64,000 bases of DNA from an uncultured virus (IMG/VR IMGVR_UViG_3300025314_001151) (lineage: Duplodnaviria > Heunggongvirae > Uroviricota > Caudoviricetes), in IMG/VR virus record IMGVR_UViG_3300025314_001151; one strand, written 5' to 3'. The notes beneath the pieces were generated by a model. That model was given only the letters and a program-made list of their open reading frames with translations. It was not told the DNA's origin and did not search any database. The translations under genes and the position numbers were made by a program. Every line of letters starts with the position of its first letter. Position 1 is the stretch's first letter. This document shows positions 37,261 through 47,654 of the stretch, one piece after another.

Positions 37261-38226
37261 CTATAGCATTCCGAACATCGCTGCAATTTCTTTTTCACTG
37301 GATTTACCAGCGAAACCATATTTCTGTTCTCTTTGTTTTACCTCAGGCGGCGCATGATACGTGGGCATAAAGGCAAACCTTCTCTCACGTTCTGCAACTG
37401 CCGGTGGCATAGGTTGCTGCTGTTCGACCCTAACTACTGGTGGTGCCTGTGCTGTCTTGATCGGTGCTGGCCTTGGTTGTGCCGTTTCATATGGTACATA
37501 TGGAGCTGGCTGATATCTTACCACTGGTGCTGCTGGCACTGGTGCCACATTTACTACTGGTGCCTGTGTCTGTACTGTCACTTGTGGTGGTGATGTCCTG
37601 ACCTGTACTGGCTGTGGTGCCGGTGCTACATGTACTGGTTGTGGAGCCGGTGCTGGTGCTGCTATCTGTACTGGAGCAGGTGCTGGCTGTGGAGCTGGTA
37701 CCTGTACGTACACTGGTTGTGGAGCCGGTGCTGGTGCTGCGAGTCTCTGTAATGCTTTATTTAATTCTGTTCTGAGAGCACTGTTCTCCTGGATGAGCCT
37801 TTGCATATCTGCTTGTGGAGCTGCTGTTCGTACTTGTTCTCCCTTGCCTCCGAGCAACTTGTAACCACTTGGATCGTGTACTGGCACGCCGTGGTTTACT
37901 GTTCGGAGAAGAGTATCAAATACTACTGAGCCTGCTATAGCTTTCTTAGCATCTGCCAATACTTCCTGACTTCTAGTCTCAGGTGTCTCTGGTACATATT
38001 TTCTGATGACGTACCATCCAACGAGTTTTGGCACATTGTTATATGCCCAGCCCTTAATTATTGAAGACCAGCTAGTGCCATCGACACCTGTAGGTAACAT
38101 ATAGTCTTCGATTCTTCGACCAATGGTGCTTGCACCTATGAAGCCTGCACCTACACCTACGCCTTCTGTAACAAGGGTATTGGCTACTTCACCAAGAGTT
38201 TTCTCTCTTAATCCTTCCCAATCCAT
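37261..38226 (-). CDS. Putative virion structural/membrane-associated protein with Pro/Ala/Gln/Val-rich linker
   Basis: GGAGG RBS, Gly-rich hydrophobic N-terminal segment, coiled coil, APAPQPV repeats; directly upstream of the capsid-like gene. Confidence 0.6.
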   Translation of the reverse strand: MDWEGLREKTLGEVANTLVTEGVGVGAGFIGASTIGRRIEDYMLPTGVDGTSWSSIIKGWAYNNVPKLVGWYVIRKYVPETPETRSQEVLADAKKAIAGSVVFDTLLRTVNHGVPVHDPSGYKLLGGKGEQVRTAAPQADMQRLIQENSALRTELNKALQRLAAPAPAPQPVYVQVPAPQPAPAPVQIAAPAPAPQPVHVAPAPQPVQVRTSPPQVTVQTQAPVVNVAPVPAAPVVRYQPAPYVPYETAQPRPAPIKTAQAPPVVRVEQQQPMPPAVAERERRFAFMPTYHAPPEVKQREQKYGFAGKSSEKEIAAMFGML

Positions 38227-38347
38227 TTATATTCCTCCTTGGTTTCTTGTTCATATGCTATACTCATAGATATAAAAAAACATGTCAAACAATGAATCAT
38301 GTAAATTTAAAATCATTTATCATATAAATCATATTTAAAATCATTTA

Positions 38348-38647
38348 TCATGTCAAACATAATCCCTCGAGATTCTTTGGTAATTTACCAAATGCATCTT
38401 TTACACATTCTGCAAAATCACATCCTTTAAGACCTTTACAAGCTTTCAATTTCTTAGCCCTTCCAGAGGACTCTCTTTCTCCAGCTCTTCCTGCCTTGCG
38501 AATCATAATTTTATATTCTGTGTTTTCATTTCCATTTGGTAATAGTTTTCCATCTCCTCCAATAGATAATGTGCTCATTTTATTGACTTTCTTTCTGGCC
38601 AACAATAATTCAGCAGTGTCTATTGGAATCTCTATTTTGTCTGACAT
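38348..38647 (-). CDS. Small basic protein, paralog of 38683..38997 (possible nucleic-acid-binding core protein)
   Basis: RAKKLKACKGLKGCDFAECV. Confidence 0.6.
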   Translation of the reverse strand: MSDKIEIPIDTAELLLARKKVNKMSTLSIGGDGKLLPNGNENTEYKIMIRKAGRAGERESSGRAKKLKACKGLKGCDFAECVKDAFGKLPKNLEGLCLT

Positions 38648-38682
38648 GTTATAATATATCTATATCTGCTTGAACAAGCGGC

Positions 38683-38997
38683 TTATCTGCCGCAAGATTT
38701 CCTTACGCTTCTAGGAGGAGTGACGCCAGCTGATTCGAGGCAGCTTAAGAAATCGCAGCCTCTCTTACCTGCACATGCCTTCATGGCTTTTGCCTTTGTA
38801 CCAAGCTTGTGAGAAGGTTTGACGTGTGTTCCTCTGAGTACTATACGACCACCGCTGCCTGCTTTACCTGCGCCTCCAGGTTTGACATAAATTTCAGCAC
38901 CTCCACCAACTGGAACTACTGCATCTACGTTCATTGCTCTCTTAGCTTCAGCGATATCTATTGCCGATGTCGGCATTGCAATTTTAGCTCTTGCCAT
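38683..38997 (-). CDS. Small basic Gly/Ala/Lys-rich protein
   Basis: KAKAMKACAGKRGCDFLSCL; GGAGGT RBS. Confidence 0.65.
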   Translation of the reverse strand: MARAKIAMPTSAIDIAEAKRAMNVDAVVPVGGGAEIYVKPGGAGKAGSGGRIVLRGTHVKPSHKLGTKAKAMKACAGKRGCDFLSCLESAGVTPPRSVRKSCGR

Positions 38998-39097
38998 ATA
39001 TATTTACCTCCTTATTTATTTTACTTTTGGCATATTTGCCATATTTTCTATCTGTCTTTTCTTATAACCTTGACTATTAACAATATTGACCAAATGA

Positions 39098-39490
39098 TCA
39101 ACTAACTATCTTTATAGGAGAAATTTCGATGATATGCTTCTCAATCCATTCTTCGATGGGGTGTAGTACGACGTATATGTTCTTACTATCACATTGAATC
39201 TGACCATCTTCTCCTTGTATAGTTTCTGAAATTTCGCAACCAGCAGTGACTACATGACCTACAACATCATATTTCTTGACATGCATATCAGGCATTACTT
39301 CTTTCCATGTTACGGCGACGTAATGTCTAATAATTCCGTCAAGACCCTCAGTCTCTTGGACATCAATATCTGGCACTGGCAATTCTCCATCTTCGATAAC
39401 CTCAAGAGGCATGGCTAAATATTCGGTATCTTGGCCATCTCTTTTATCAATTACCATCAATGGATATCGACATACACACAGATGAGTCAT
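39098..39490 (-). CDS. Acidic hypothetical protein
   Basis: ORF track; follows a 350-nt AT-rich intergenic region. Confidence 0.6.
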   Translation of the reverse strand: MTHLCVCRYPLMVIDKRDGQDTEYLAMPLEVIEDGELPVPDIDVQETEGLDGIIRHYVAVTWKEVMPDMHVKKYDVVGHVVTAGCEISETIQGEDGQIQCDSKNIYVVLHPIEEWIEKHIIEISPIKIVS

Positions 39491-39840
39491 TTATTGGTTA
39501 CCTTTCATTGTTGATGCGTTGACCGAAACTGTTAACAGTCAATTTAGACAAAGGCATTATCCACTATGTGCTTATATAGATTTTTGATGCTTATCCCAGA
39601 AACACACGATAAATATATTTTATATTATATATTTAAAGATTATATAATTATATAATTATTATGTCAAAAATCAAACCTACGGTTATTTGAAAATTAAAAA
39701 TCTAAAAATAATTTTTTTATTAGAAATTATTCTTTATGGTCAGGTACAAAAAACCAACGATATAAATAATAATAAGTGCCAACAACCAAGGATTATGTCT
39801 CGCTAGATAGATTATTCTATTAATCATATTGAAAATCCAA

Positions 39841-40713
39841 TTAAATTTGCCATGCATCAAATATATTCATTTGCTTGGTATTTAGTCCATTAAATATTTT
39901 CATATTGGAAATAAATAATTCTTTTCCAATCTGATCTGATGTATCAGACACATTTCTCATTCCATAAATTTGATTCCAACTAATAATATTTGCAAAAGAG
40001 AATAATTTTCTAATAAATGGAGAATCGTCATATGTTATTAACCATTTATGCGAACATTTTTTCATAGTGTTTGAGAATCTGAGATGGTCAAACATCTTGT
40101 GTTTATTCCTGAACTTGTCCCTTTTTCCATATAATCCAGAATTAGTCGCAGAATGGTATGGAGGATCTAAGAAAATAAACACATTTTTTCCATTTGCTTC
40201 AACAACTTTTTGATAATCTAAATTTGATATCTTGGTATTTCGTAAAATAGTTCTCAATTCTTTTAATCTTTCAATACTTGATTTTGTGAATCTCTCTTTG
40301 AAAGCATTTTCAGAATAACCGCCTGCATCTGTTGTTCCAGAAAAAGTAATACGATTGAAAACGAAGAATGTACTCGCCTTTTCTATTTCATTAAATCTAT
40401 ATGTATTCTGCTTGAGAAAAATGTACAACTTTCTTCCATCAGGAAATTGATCTCTCCATAAATGAATCTGGTTAATTATCTGATCCATATTTTTCTGGCT
40501 CATACTCCAAAAGTTATATAGTTCAAAATATAGATCATTGATCCAATAATTTTTGTCAGGATATTTTTGTTTTAAATAGATATATATAGAACCTCCTCCA
40601 AGAAAAGGTTCTCTATATTCATCAAAATAAGGAATTAAAGTTGAAATCACGTCAATAGCACGTGACTTTCCTCCTGGATATCTTAATGGACTTTTTATCA
40701 TCTCTATTTTCAA
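39841..40713 (-). CDS. DNA adenine methyltransferase, D12/Dam class
   Basis: RYPGGKS, EPFLGGGS, FLDPPY. Confidence 0.9.
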   Translation of the reverse strand: MKIEMIKSPLRYPGGKSRAIDVISTLIPYFDEYREPFLGGGSIYIYLKQKYPDKNYWINDLYFELYNFWSMSQKNMDQIINQIHLWRDQFPDGRKLYIFLKQNTYRFNEIEKASTFFVFNRITFSGTTDAGGYSENAFKERFTKSSIERLKELRTILRNTKISNLDYQKVVEANGKNVFIFLDPPYHSATNSGLYGKRDKFRNKHKMFDHLRFSNTMKKCSHKWLITYDDSPFIRKLFSFANIISWNQIYGMRNVSDTSDQIGKELFISNMKIFNGLNTKQMNIFDAWQI

Positions 40714-40886
40714 ATCATGTTATATTCCATTTGGTATTATGATCATATATAATCATCTCTATATTCTTAATACAACAATGGATATATTCTATAGGGAACC
40801 ACAAATCACAATTATTACACGATACAAATGTTGGCATGCGCATTTGAACTGATACTTTATATTCCATATTTGTCTTCCTAATATAT

Positions 40887-41312
40887 TTATGCATACATAT
40901 CTTTATAACCTGTACAATCTGTTTCATCATCATTATTCTCGCAATCTATTGTTACATTTGAGACTATAGAAGATGCGGCCATTGATATAAAATCAAGAAG
41001 TGTAACTTTGCCAAGACTTCCGCACATTAAAAATTCCATGGAAACAAAATTGGCTAATTTTTCGAATGGAGCTATCATCTTTAGTGCAATAGTCATATTG
41101 TCTTTATCAAATTCTACGCACGCTTTACCATAAGTTGATAATGATCTCTCGTGAAAGTCCTTTATCTGTTCCATATTCTGAAAAGCGTCTATATGATCTT
41201 TATTGCTCTTATCATATCCTTCTTCGTACTCAAATGTAAACATCTCATTTTCTGATTTAATTATTTTTATAGAATAGTAGTCTGCTCTTAGAATATTGGG
41301 TATCATTGTCAT
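40887..41312 (-). CDS. Hypothetical protein
   Basis: ORF with GGTGA RBS. Confidence 0.55.
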   Translation of the reverse strand: MTMIPNILRADYYSIKIIKSENEMFTFEYEEGYDKSNKDHIDAFQNMEQIKDFHERSLSTYGKACVEFDKDNMTIALKMIAPFEKLANFVSMEFLMCGSLGKVTLLDFISMAASSIVSNVTIDCENNDDETDCTGYKDMYA

Positions 41313-41549
41313 TTGCTTTCACCTATAATGTTATTCAGTTTTTTTGTCGCATTTAAATTTTTATGCATTTATTATCATAATGCTTCCCATAGATCTATAT
41401 CAAGATAAAATCTTGTATACAAATGAGTCTTTTACCAAATCTTCTTTATTCTGTTGTACCTGTTTGTGCATTTTCATATTATTTTCTCAAGTTGTTAGTC
41501 ACGATTTATATGTGTATTCAATATTGTTTGCAAATTTCGAATCACTTTA

Positions 41550-41861
41550 CTATTTACTTATCTGTACAAAATTTCCTTCTTTTGTTTCTATAAGATCAAC
41601 TCTAGGACAATGTATACTGTCCCATATCCTTAAGTCCGTGAATGATTTAAAATCGCATATTCCTACCTTACACTTATATATTCCATCTATAATCTTACCT
41701 CTGCATGTGCGTATACCCAAATATTGTCCCCTGGAATCAAATACCATATCCACGTTGTCAACTTTCTTAAAAGTCGAGGCATTAATGCCATAATTATCTA
41801 TAGATTCATTGTTTCCAGTAATAGCGTTGTAAAAGTCTTTCTTTTTAATATTGCTCATCAT
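41550..41861 (-). CDS. Hypothetical protein
   Basis: ORF; start likely MMSNIK after GGAG. Confidence 0.5.
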   Translation of the reverse strand: MMSNIKKKDFYNAITGNNESIDNYGINASTFKKVDNVDMVFDSRGQYLGIRTCRGKIIDGIYKCKVGICDFKSFTDLRIWDSIHCPRVDLIETKEGNFVQISK

Positions 41862-41862
41862 T

Positions 41863-42558
41863 TCATCTCCTTTTAAAATATATTCCAAATTTCATATCAT
41901 TATCACTAATCCTGTATTGTTCATATTTTGGAATAATTGAATTTCCCCATCTGTCAGTAGGATTTTTAACTATATTGATACCTTTCGCCCTTGTTATTTC
42001 TTTCTCAGGAATTTCGTATCCCATTTCTATATTCTTTTTATCATTACTAACCTGATAATATAATCCTGTTTTTTCATCAAGACAGTCTATTCTGGAGACA
42101 TAATTATTATTTTTTTTATTTAAATTCGTATAACCTTTCCATCTACATAACAATTCTTCTCCTCTATCTCCTTTTGCATAATTGGAATTTGGATCTTGGT
42201 TTCCTGTTCTACGATTTCCAATTTCATATAATTGTCTCATTCTATATCTATTTCCATGTATTTCACAATACCAAACAATTTTTCCGTCTATCTCAAATTT
42301 TCTTGCATTTCCAGAACTTAAGATCTCTGTACATCTTCTATAATCTACTTCTATAAACTCACAAATGTTTTCTTTATTATAATATTTTGCAGATTTTTGA
42401 GGCTTTTCATATGTTATTCCATAAGTATAATTGAACCAATAACATGATCCACAAATATAATTTCCCGTTTCTACGCCTTTATCGTCTCTTTCTCTTCTTT
42501 CTGCATTCTTTCCACATCTGTAACAAATGATTCCATAAGGTATTCTTCTTCCGCCCAT
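41863..42558 (-). CDS. Zn-finger + PD-(D/E)xK-like nuclease, probably internally deleted
   Basis: CYRC..CGSC; KGDRGEEL...IDCLD...YYQV, then jumps to KNIE..YEIP, lacking the intervening strands seen in 35581. Confidence 0.55.
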   Translation of the reverse strand: MGGRRIPYGIICYRCGKNAERRERDDKGVETGNYICGSCYWFNYTYGITYEKPQKSAKYYNKENICEFIEVDYRRCTEILSSGNARKFEIDGKIVWYCEIHGNRYRMRQLYEIGNRRTGNQDPNSNYAKGDRGEELLCRWKGYTNLNKKNNNYVSRIDCLDEKTGLYYQVSNDKKNIEMGYEIPEKEITRAKGINIVKNPTDRWGNSIIPKYEQYRISDNDMKFGIYFKRR

Positions 42559-42673
42559 ATTTTCACCGCTTTATATTTATTTCTATCAATATCTCACCAC
42601 GGTAATTGTAGGCTCCAGTTAATTACTCTGGAGCCAAGCAGTGAGATACCGTCTTATTCTGTTGAATAAGTAT
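42559..42673 (-). promoter_or_regulatory. Conserved structured 5' leader, copy B
   Basis: ATACTTATTCAACAGAATAAGACGGTATCTCAC matches copy A; anti-RBS TCACTGCTT pairs with AAGCGGTGA. Confidence 0.65.
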
Positions 42674-44028
42674 CATGTTTTCTTTAGAAGATTATCCCAT
42701 TGCAGGCAAATCTTGTCCCATGTGTAGTGACTGGCAAATTTTGTTGCATTTTTGCCAAATCTTTCTCTAAGTTTTTCGTCAGTATATAGTTTCTTCATCA
42801 TTGATGCAAGATGCTGTTCATTTACTAATGCCCGCTCACTACCATTTTCTATCATTTGCCATTCTCCAATTCGTGCTAACAATCCTCTTGCGTCAGGATC
42901 TTTTTCTCCGTCTCCGATAAGTTCTGTGAAGGAACTACAATCTGGTCCAATATTGGGAATTCCACAAGCCATACTTTCTATTGATGCCAACCCAAAACCT
43001 TCAGAAGACGATGCTGATACATTAATATCCGCTGTATTATACAATATGTTCATGGCCATATCAGTCCATCCAGATGATCTATACGCTCCATATGAAAAGA
43101 TCACGCTATCTTGTATTCCTAAGTTCTGAATGATACTAATTAAATTTGTGCCATTGATACTAATCGGCATCGAATGTAGGTGAAGGACAGTTCTATCTCT
43201 CAATTGTTTGGAATCTTTGATAAATAGATGGTAAGCTTTCAATAGTCTTTCTATGCGTTTGCGTATCCCCAAGTTTTGTCCCACAAAAAGAAATACAAAT
43301 TTGCCCTTTGTAATATTTGGCAGATTAGTTATTGGCATATTTTCTTCTGTCCATTTTCCATTAATAAATTTTAGGATTCCTATATACTCCTCCTTATAAT
43401 GAGGGCATGCGATTTGTTCTTTATTATTAAGCCGACAATCGTAACAACCAAACTTATGAAGAATTATAGGATCTGAATTAGCTTTGCCACTTTCTGTCTT
43501 ATAATAACAGTAAGTCATCTCATCTCTTTTATTTAGATCCGTTGGTTTAAATATTTCATCATCAAATCCGTGGTAAATATATTTAATATCCAATCCGGCT
43601 AGTACTGATTGTATCTCTCCTTGTCCATATCTTGTCTGCGCTATGATATCTCCTCCATTCATTTTTACACTCAACATATCATTAGCCATTTTTTGAGGTA
43701 TATTTCTGCCTTCTACAGGAACATACCAGAGGCATTTTTTAAACATTTTAGGAAAGTCGTTATATTCGTAATCGGCCTGAAAAATATTTAATACTATGTC
43801 AGGTTTTATCCTATCTAAAGTTATCATATATTGGGTCGTATCGTCAATAAATCCTACACTCATGGGTAAAACTTCAATACCATAGCCAAATTCAGATCTA
43901 TATGCAGTTTGCATACCAGTAAAACTTACCTGGTGTCCTAGTTTCTTTAGGCCAATTGCTAGATTTTTGGCAACAACAGAAAATCCGCTATTTAAACTTA
44001 GAGAATTGCTCAATAAATGTATTTTCAT
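42673..44028 (-). CDS. Glycosyltransferase family 4 (GT-B)
   Basis: SSSEGFGLASIESMACG motif. Confidence 0.9.
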   Translation of the reverse strand: MKIHLLSNSLSLNSGFSVVAKNLAIGLKKLGHQVSFTGMQTAYRSEFGYGIEVLPMSVGFIDDTTQYMITLDRIKPDIVLNIFQADYEYNDFPKMFKKCLWYVPVEGRNIPQKMANDMLSVKMNGGDIIAQTRYGQGEIQSVLAGLDIKYIYHGFDDEIFKPTDLNKRDEMTYCYYKTESGKANSDPIILHKFGCYDCRLNNKEQIACPHYKEEYIGILKFINGKWTEENMPITNLPNITKGKFVFLFVGQNLGIRKRIERLLKAYHLFIKDSKQLRDRTVLHLHSMPISINGTNLISIIQNLGIQDSVIFSYGAYRSSGWTDMAMNILYNTADINVSASSSEGFGLASIESMACGIPNIGPDCSSFTELIGDGEKDPDARGLLARIGEWQMIENGSERALVNEQHLASMMKKLYTDEKLRERFGKNATKFASHYTWDKICLQWDNLLKKT

Positions 44029-44317
44029 TTAACTACCTTCTTAATCTTTTTTTCTCTGAAATTTGTTTCCATGTATCATTAATTTTTTTTAAAGAATCTC
44101 TTAAGTTAAAGTTTTTTCGGGTTTCTTGTTAAATCTATTTTTATTGATAGATGCACCTATTATTAAATCTGTCCCACTATTTCTAGTTGAAATATTCTTT
44201 TTATTTTCAATTTTGTTATCGACACTATCAGAAATTTTTTTCATATTTCCGAATTTGTCTGATATTATTTTTGTACTCATTTAATCACTCATTTTATTTA
44301 TAATAAGTTCCTCGCTC

Positions 44318-45040
44318 TTAAATCTTATTTTTATTATATATCTTATTTCTTATAAATGTACTTGCACGATATAATGAATCGTATGTACCGGCATCGGACC
44401 AAAATCCTTTTAATATTTTATAATCTATCTTTCCGTTTTTTATATATTGGTTATTGACATCAGAAATCTCTAATTCTCCTCTTGTACTTGGTCTCAGACA
44501 ATTTATAATGTCAAATACATCATTATCATAGATATATAACCCAGTAACAGCTAGATTAGATGGAGGAATCTTAGGTTTTTCTACTATCGATATCAATTTA
44601 TTATCGTGTATTTCTGCAGTACCAAATCTTTCTGGATCTGAAACTTCCTTTAGATATACTCGAGCACCCTCTCTGAAGTCAGAAAAATCAAACTTGTCTT
44701 CATATATGTTGTCCCCAAGTATTACCACAATATTATCTCCGTTAGCAAATCTTTTACATAAGCCCAATGCCCCTGCAATGCCAGATGGAGATTCTTGTAC
44801 TGTATACGATAGATTGACACCAAATTCTTCTCCGCTTCCAAGCAACTCAAGAAAATGTCCCGCATGAGATCTCCCACTGACGATCATTATATCTTCTATA
44901 TCAGTGTCTATAAGTGTTTGTAAGGCATAATATATCATTGGTTTGTTATAAACTGGTAGCAAGTGTTTATTAGTTACAATAGTTAGATCGCCCAACCTTG
45001 AACCAGTTCCTCCAGCCAAAATTATACCACTAATAGACAT
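44318..45040 (-). CDS. rmlA: Glucose-1-phosphate thymidylyltransferase (RmlA-like)
   Basis: GIILAGGTGSRL, KHLLPVYNKPMI, RGELEISD, WSDAGT. Confidence 0.85.
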   Translation of the reverse strand: MSISGIILAGGTGSRLGDLTIVTNKHLLPVYNKPMIYYALQTLIDTDIEDIMIVSGRSHAGHFLELLGSGEEFGVNLSYTVQESPSGIAGALGLCKRFANGDNIVVILGDNIYEDKFDFSDFREGARVYLKEVSDPERFGTAEIHDNKLISIVEKPKIPPSNLAVTGLYIYDNDVFDIINCLRPSTRGELEISDVNNQYIKNGKIDYKILKGFWSDAGTYDSLYRASTFIRNKIYNKNKI

Positions 45041-45053
45041 ATATATCTCCATT

Positions 45054-46031
45054 TCAATTCTTTCTTTTTTCTTCTTCAATATACCATTTAATTGTGTCTT
45101 CTAGTCCATCTTCAAATTTTTTAACTGGTTTCCAACCTAGTTCTTTCTCAATTTTATCACAGTTAATGGAATATCTCTTGTCATGACCTTTTCTATCTTC
45201 AATATATTTTATTCCTACTCCAAATCTTTCTGATATCAACGATGCTATATAGTTATTAGTTAATTCTTTTCCACCGCCGATATTATAAATTTCACCTATT
45301 TTACCAATTTCCATCACTCGTCTAATGGCCTTGACATTATCTCTGACATATAGCCAGTCACGGACATTTTCTCCATTTCCATAAACTAATAAAGGTCTAC
45401 CATTTATAGCATCTGTAATCATCTTTGGAATAAACTTTTCTCGGTGTTGATATGGACCATAATTATTCGAAGATCTTGTAATAACAATTGGAAGTTTATA
45501 TGTGTTATAATAAGCCAAACATAGTAAATCTGCAGCAGCTTTGGTGGCACTGTATGGATTGCCAGGATTTAATTTATCATTCTCATCGAAAGATCGTTGA
45601 TCTGCAGATCCATAAACCTCATCAGTCGAAGATTGGATATATTTTTCTATGTCATTTATTCTACATATGTCAAGTAATACCTGTACGCCTTCGAAATTGC
45701 TTTTTACGAATTTCTCACTGTTTTCGATAGAACTATCTACATGACTTTCTGCTGCAAAATTAACAATGCTATTTATATCATGTTTATCGATGATATCTTG
45801 TACTAGCTTTTTGTCACATATATCTCCTACATATAGTCTATTTTCTATGCATATCTCCTCTTCGATACCTTTGATTCTGTTGACATCAGCGGCATATGTC
45901 ATCTTGTCTATTATTATTGGATAATATCCCTTCTGTGTTAATAGTCTTACATATTGACTACCTATGAACCCAAGACCGCCAGTTACTAATACAGTCCTAT
46001 TTTCTGAGACTGCATTATTTTCAGTACTCAT
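45054..46031 (-). CDS. rmlB: dTDP-glucose 4,6-dehydratase
   Basis: TGGLGFIG, AAESHVD, STDEVYG, YSATK, NNYGPYQHREK. Confidence 0.92.
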   Translation of the reverse strand: MSTENNAVSENRTVLVTGGLGFIGSQYVRLLTQKGYYPIIIDKMTYAADVNRIKGIEEEICIENRLYVGDICDKKLVQDIIDKHDINSIVNFAAESHVDSSIENSEKFVKSNFEGVQVLLDICRINDIEKYIQSSTDEVYGSADQRSFDENDKLNPGNPYSATKAAADLLCLAYYNTYKLPIVITRSSNNYGPYQHREKFIPKMITDAINGRPLLVYGNGENVRDWLYVRDNVKAIRRVMEIGKIGEIYNIGGGKELTNNYIASLISERFGVGIKYIEDRKGHDKRYSINCDKIEKELGWKPVKKFEDGLEDTIKWYIEEEKRKN

Positions 46032-46041
46032 ATATTTCCCA

Positions 46042-46890
46042 CTATATATATTTTTTATATTCTTGAAGACAACTTTCTACAGCATCCAATACATGTCTCA
46101 TTTCAATCCCTTTCCCATCCAATTTCGCATTGTATAATATACAATTAGATCTTCCTGTCATTGTTAATTCTTTTAATTTTTCTAGTCCTATAAATTTTGG
46201 CATCTTGTAAGAAGGATCAACTATATCTTTATACATTGAAAGGATCTGTCTATGTGTAATCGCTCCCCTATTTGTGACATTGAATATGCCAGTTTCTTGT
46301 CTGTCCATTAATATCTTTGAAGTTGTCATTAGATCAGGCACGCAAGTAATACTATTAGGTATGTCTCCAATTACCTGTTCGTACCTTGTTAATTTGTCAA
46401 TTAGATTTCTTGGAGAAGGAACAGTGTCTATGGGCATTCTTATTCTCAACTGAAGCACATTGTTATATTCTGATAATATATCTTCTGCAAATATCTTTGT
46501 TCTAGAATAAAAAGAGTCTTTAAAATTAGGTTTATCATTCTCGCTAAACCCCATACCAGAACAACTATTCGTTTGATATATACAACCACTTCCAATATGA
46601 ACCATTCTAACATCAGCATTTGTACATACTTCTGCAATTAAAGTCGGAACAGTTACATTACTAAAAAATGTTTCGTCTCGGTGTTCTTCACACCAATCGA
46701 TGTTCGGGCTTCCAGTTTTGCCAATTGCGTTTATCACAATTTCTGGATTATGCATCTTAATTTGGGAATCTATATCATTTATAGTGCTTATTCTACGATC
46801 TGCCATAATAGAATCTTTTAAGAAATTTGCAAATCTATTTCCCAAATAACCGTTACCAAAAATTAAATAATGACACATATTAATCACCAT
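46042..46890 (-). CDS. NRS/ER (UER1)-like NDP-4-keto-6-deoxyglucose 3,5-epimerase/4-reductase
   Basis: GKTGSPNIDWCE, SGCIY, FYSRTK, LRIRMPI, PNSIT motifs. Confidence 0.8.
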   Translation of the reverse strand: MVINMCHYLIFGNGYLGNRFANFLKDSIMADRRISTINDIDSQIKMHNPEIVINAIGKTGSPNIDWCEEHRDETFFSNVTVPTLIAEVCTNADVRMVHIGSGCIYQTNSCSGMGFSENDKPNFKDSFYSRTKIFAEDILSEYNNVLQLRIRMPIDTVPSPRNLIDKLTRYEQVIGDIPNSITCVPDLMTTSKILMDRQETGIFNVTNRGAITHRQILSMYKDIVDPSYKMPKFIGLEKLKELTMTGRSNCILYNAKLDGKGIEMRHVLDAVESCLQEYKKYI

Positions 46891-46997
46891 CTAAGACCTT
46901 TTAAATCATTTTTATCTAAGCTGATATAAGCATCATTATAAGATTTCTCGTCTACTATATCTTGCCATATTTTATTTTTATCTTTATCAACAATCTG

Positions 46998-47654
46998 CTA
47001 TTTCACTGTTGCATTAAACATGGGAGACTCTTTTACATTAGTAAATCTTGGATTAGATATGATTAATTCATTTATCACTCTTCTTATACCAGAACCACTT
47101 GAATCATGCATCAATATCATGCCTCCACTTACAAGATGTTTTCCCCACATTTCTACATCCATCTTTACATAATTATATCTATGCTCGCCATCTATGAATA
47201 GAAGCTCAATAGGCCTGGTCCATCCTTTTTTATAGACTAGTTCTGAATAATCGACCATTGGAACTACTATATCATCAACACGATGTTTAAATAGTGACTG
47301 TCTAAATTGTTGGAGACTATCTCCCTGGTTTATATAGTATTTAGGATTTGGCGTGCCATCTTTACTTGCGTCCCACCATGTAGGATCTGGAGTTGAGCCT
47401 CCTCCATTATGTGGATCTACAGCATACACAGTCATATTTCCTCCAGATTTAGATCCTTTAGCTAAGCATATTGTAGATCGACCGGCACTACTGCCTATTT
47501 CAACTATGGCTCCTTTCGTACATTTGGCTGCGAGATCATATAGAAACAATCCCTCTTCTTCTGATATCATTCCTGGTACAGATTCAAAAATTTGTCTTAT
47601 TACTTCTATTGTCATATATATCTCTGAGGTTTTAATACTACCAATGTTTACCAT
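46998..47654 (-). CDS. Class I SAM-dependent methyltransferase (Methyltransf_24-like)
   Basis: VEIGSSAGRST, LFIDGEH, MHD. Confidence 0.85.
   Translation of the reverse strand: MVNIGSIKTSEIYMTIEVIRQIFESVPGMISEEEGLFLYDLAAKCTKGAIVEIGSSAGRSTICLAKGSKSGGNMTVYAVDPHNGGGSTPDPTWWDASKDGTPNPKYYINQGDSLQQFRQSLFKHRVDDIVVPMVDYSELVYKKGWTRPIELLFIDGEHRYNYVKMDVEMWGKHLVSGGMILMHDSSGSGIRRVINELIISNPRFTNVKESPMFNATVK

Noticed and set aside
39500..39570. BHB-like GGAT...GTCT-AAA next to a TTGAC/GTCAA hairpin
   Set aside because: Non-coding, only a 9-nt loop and no flanking helices; may be chance
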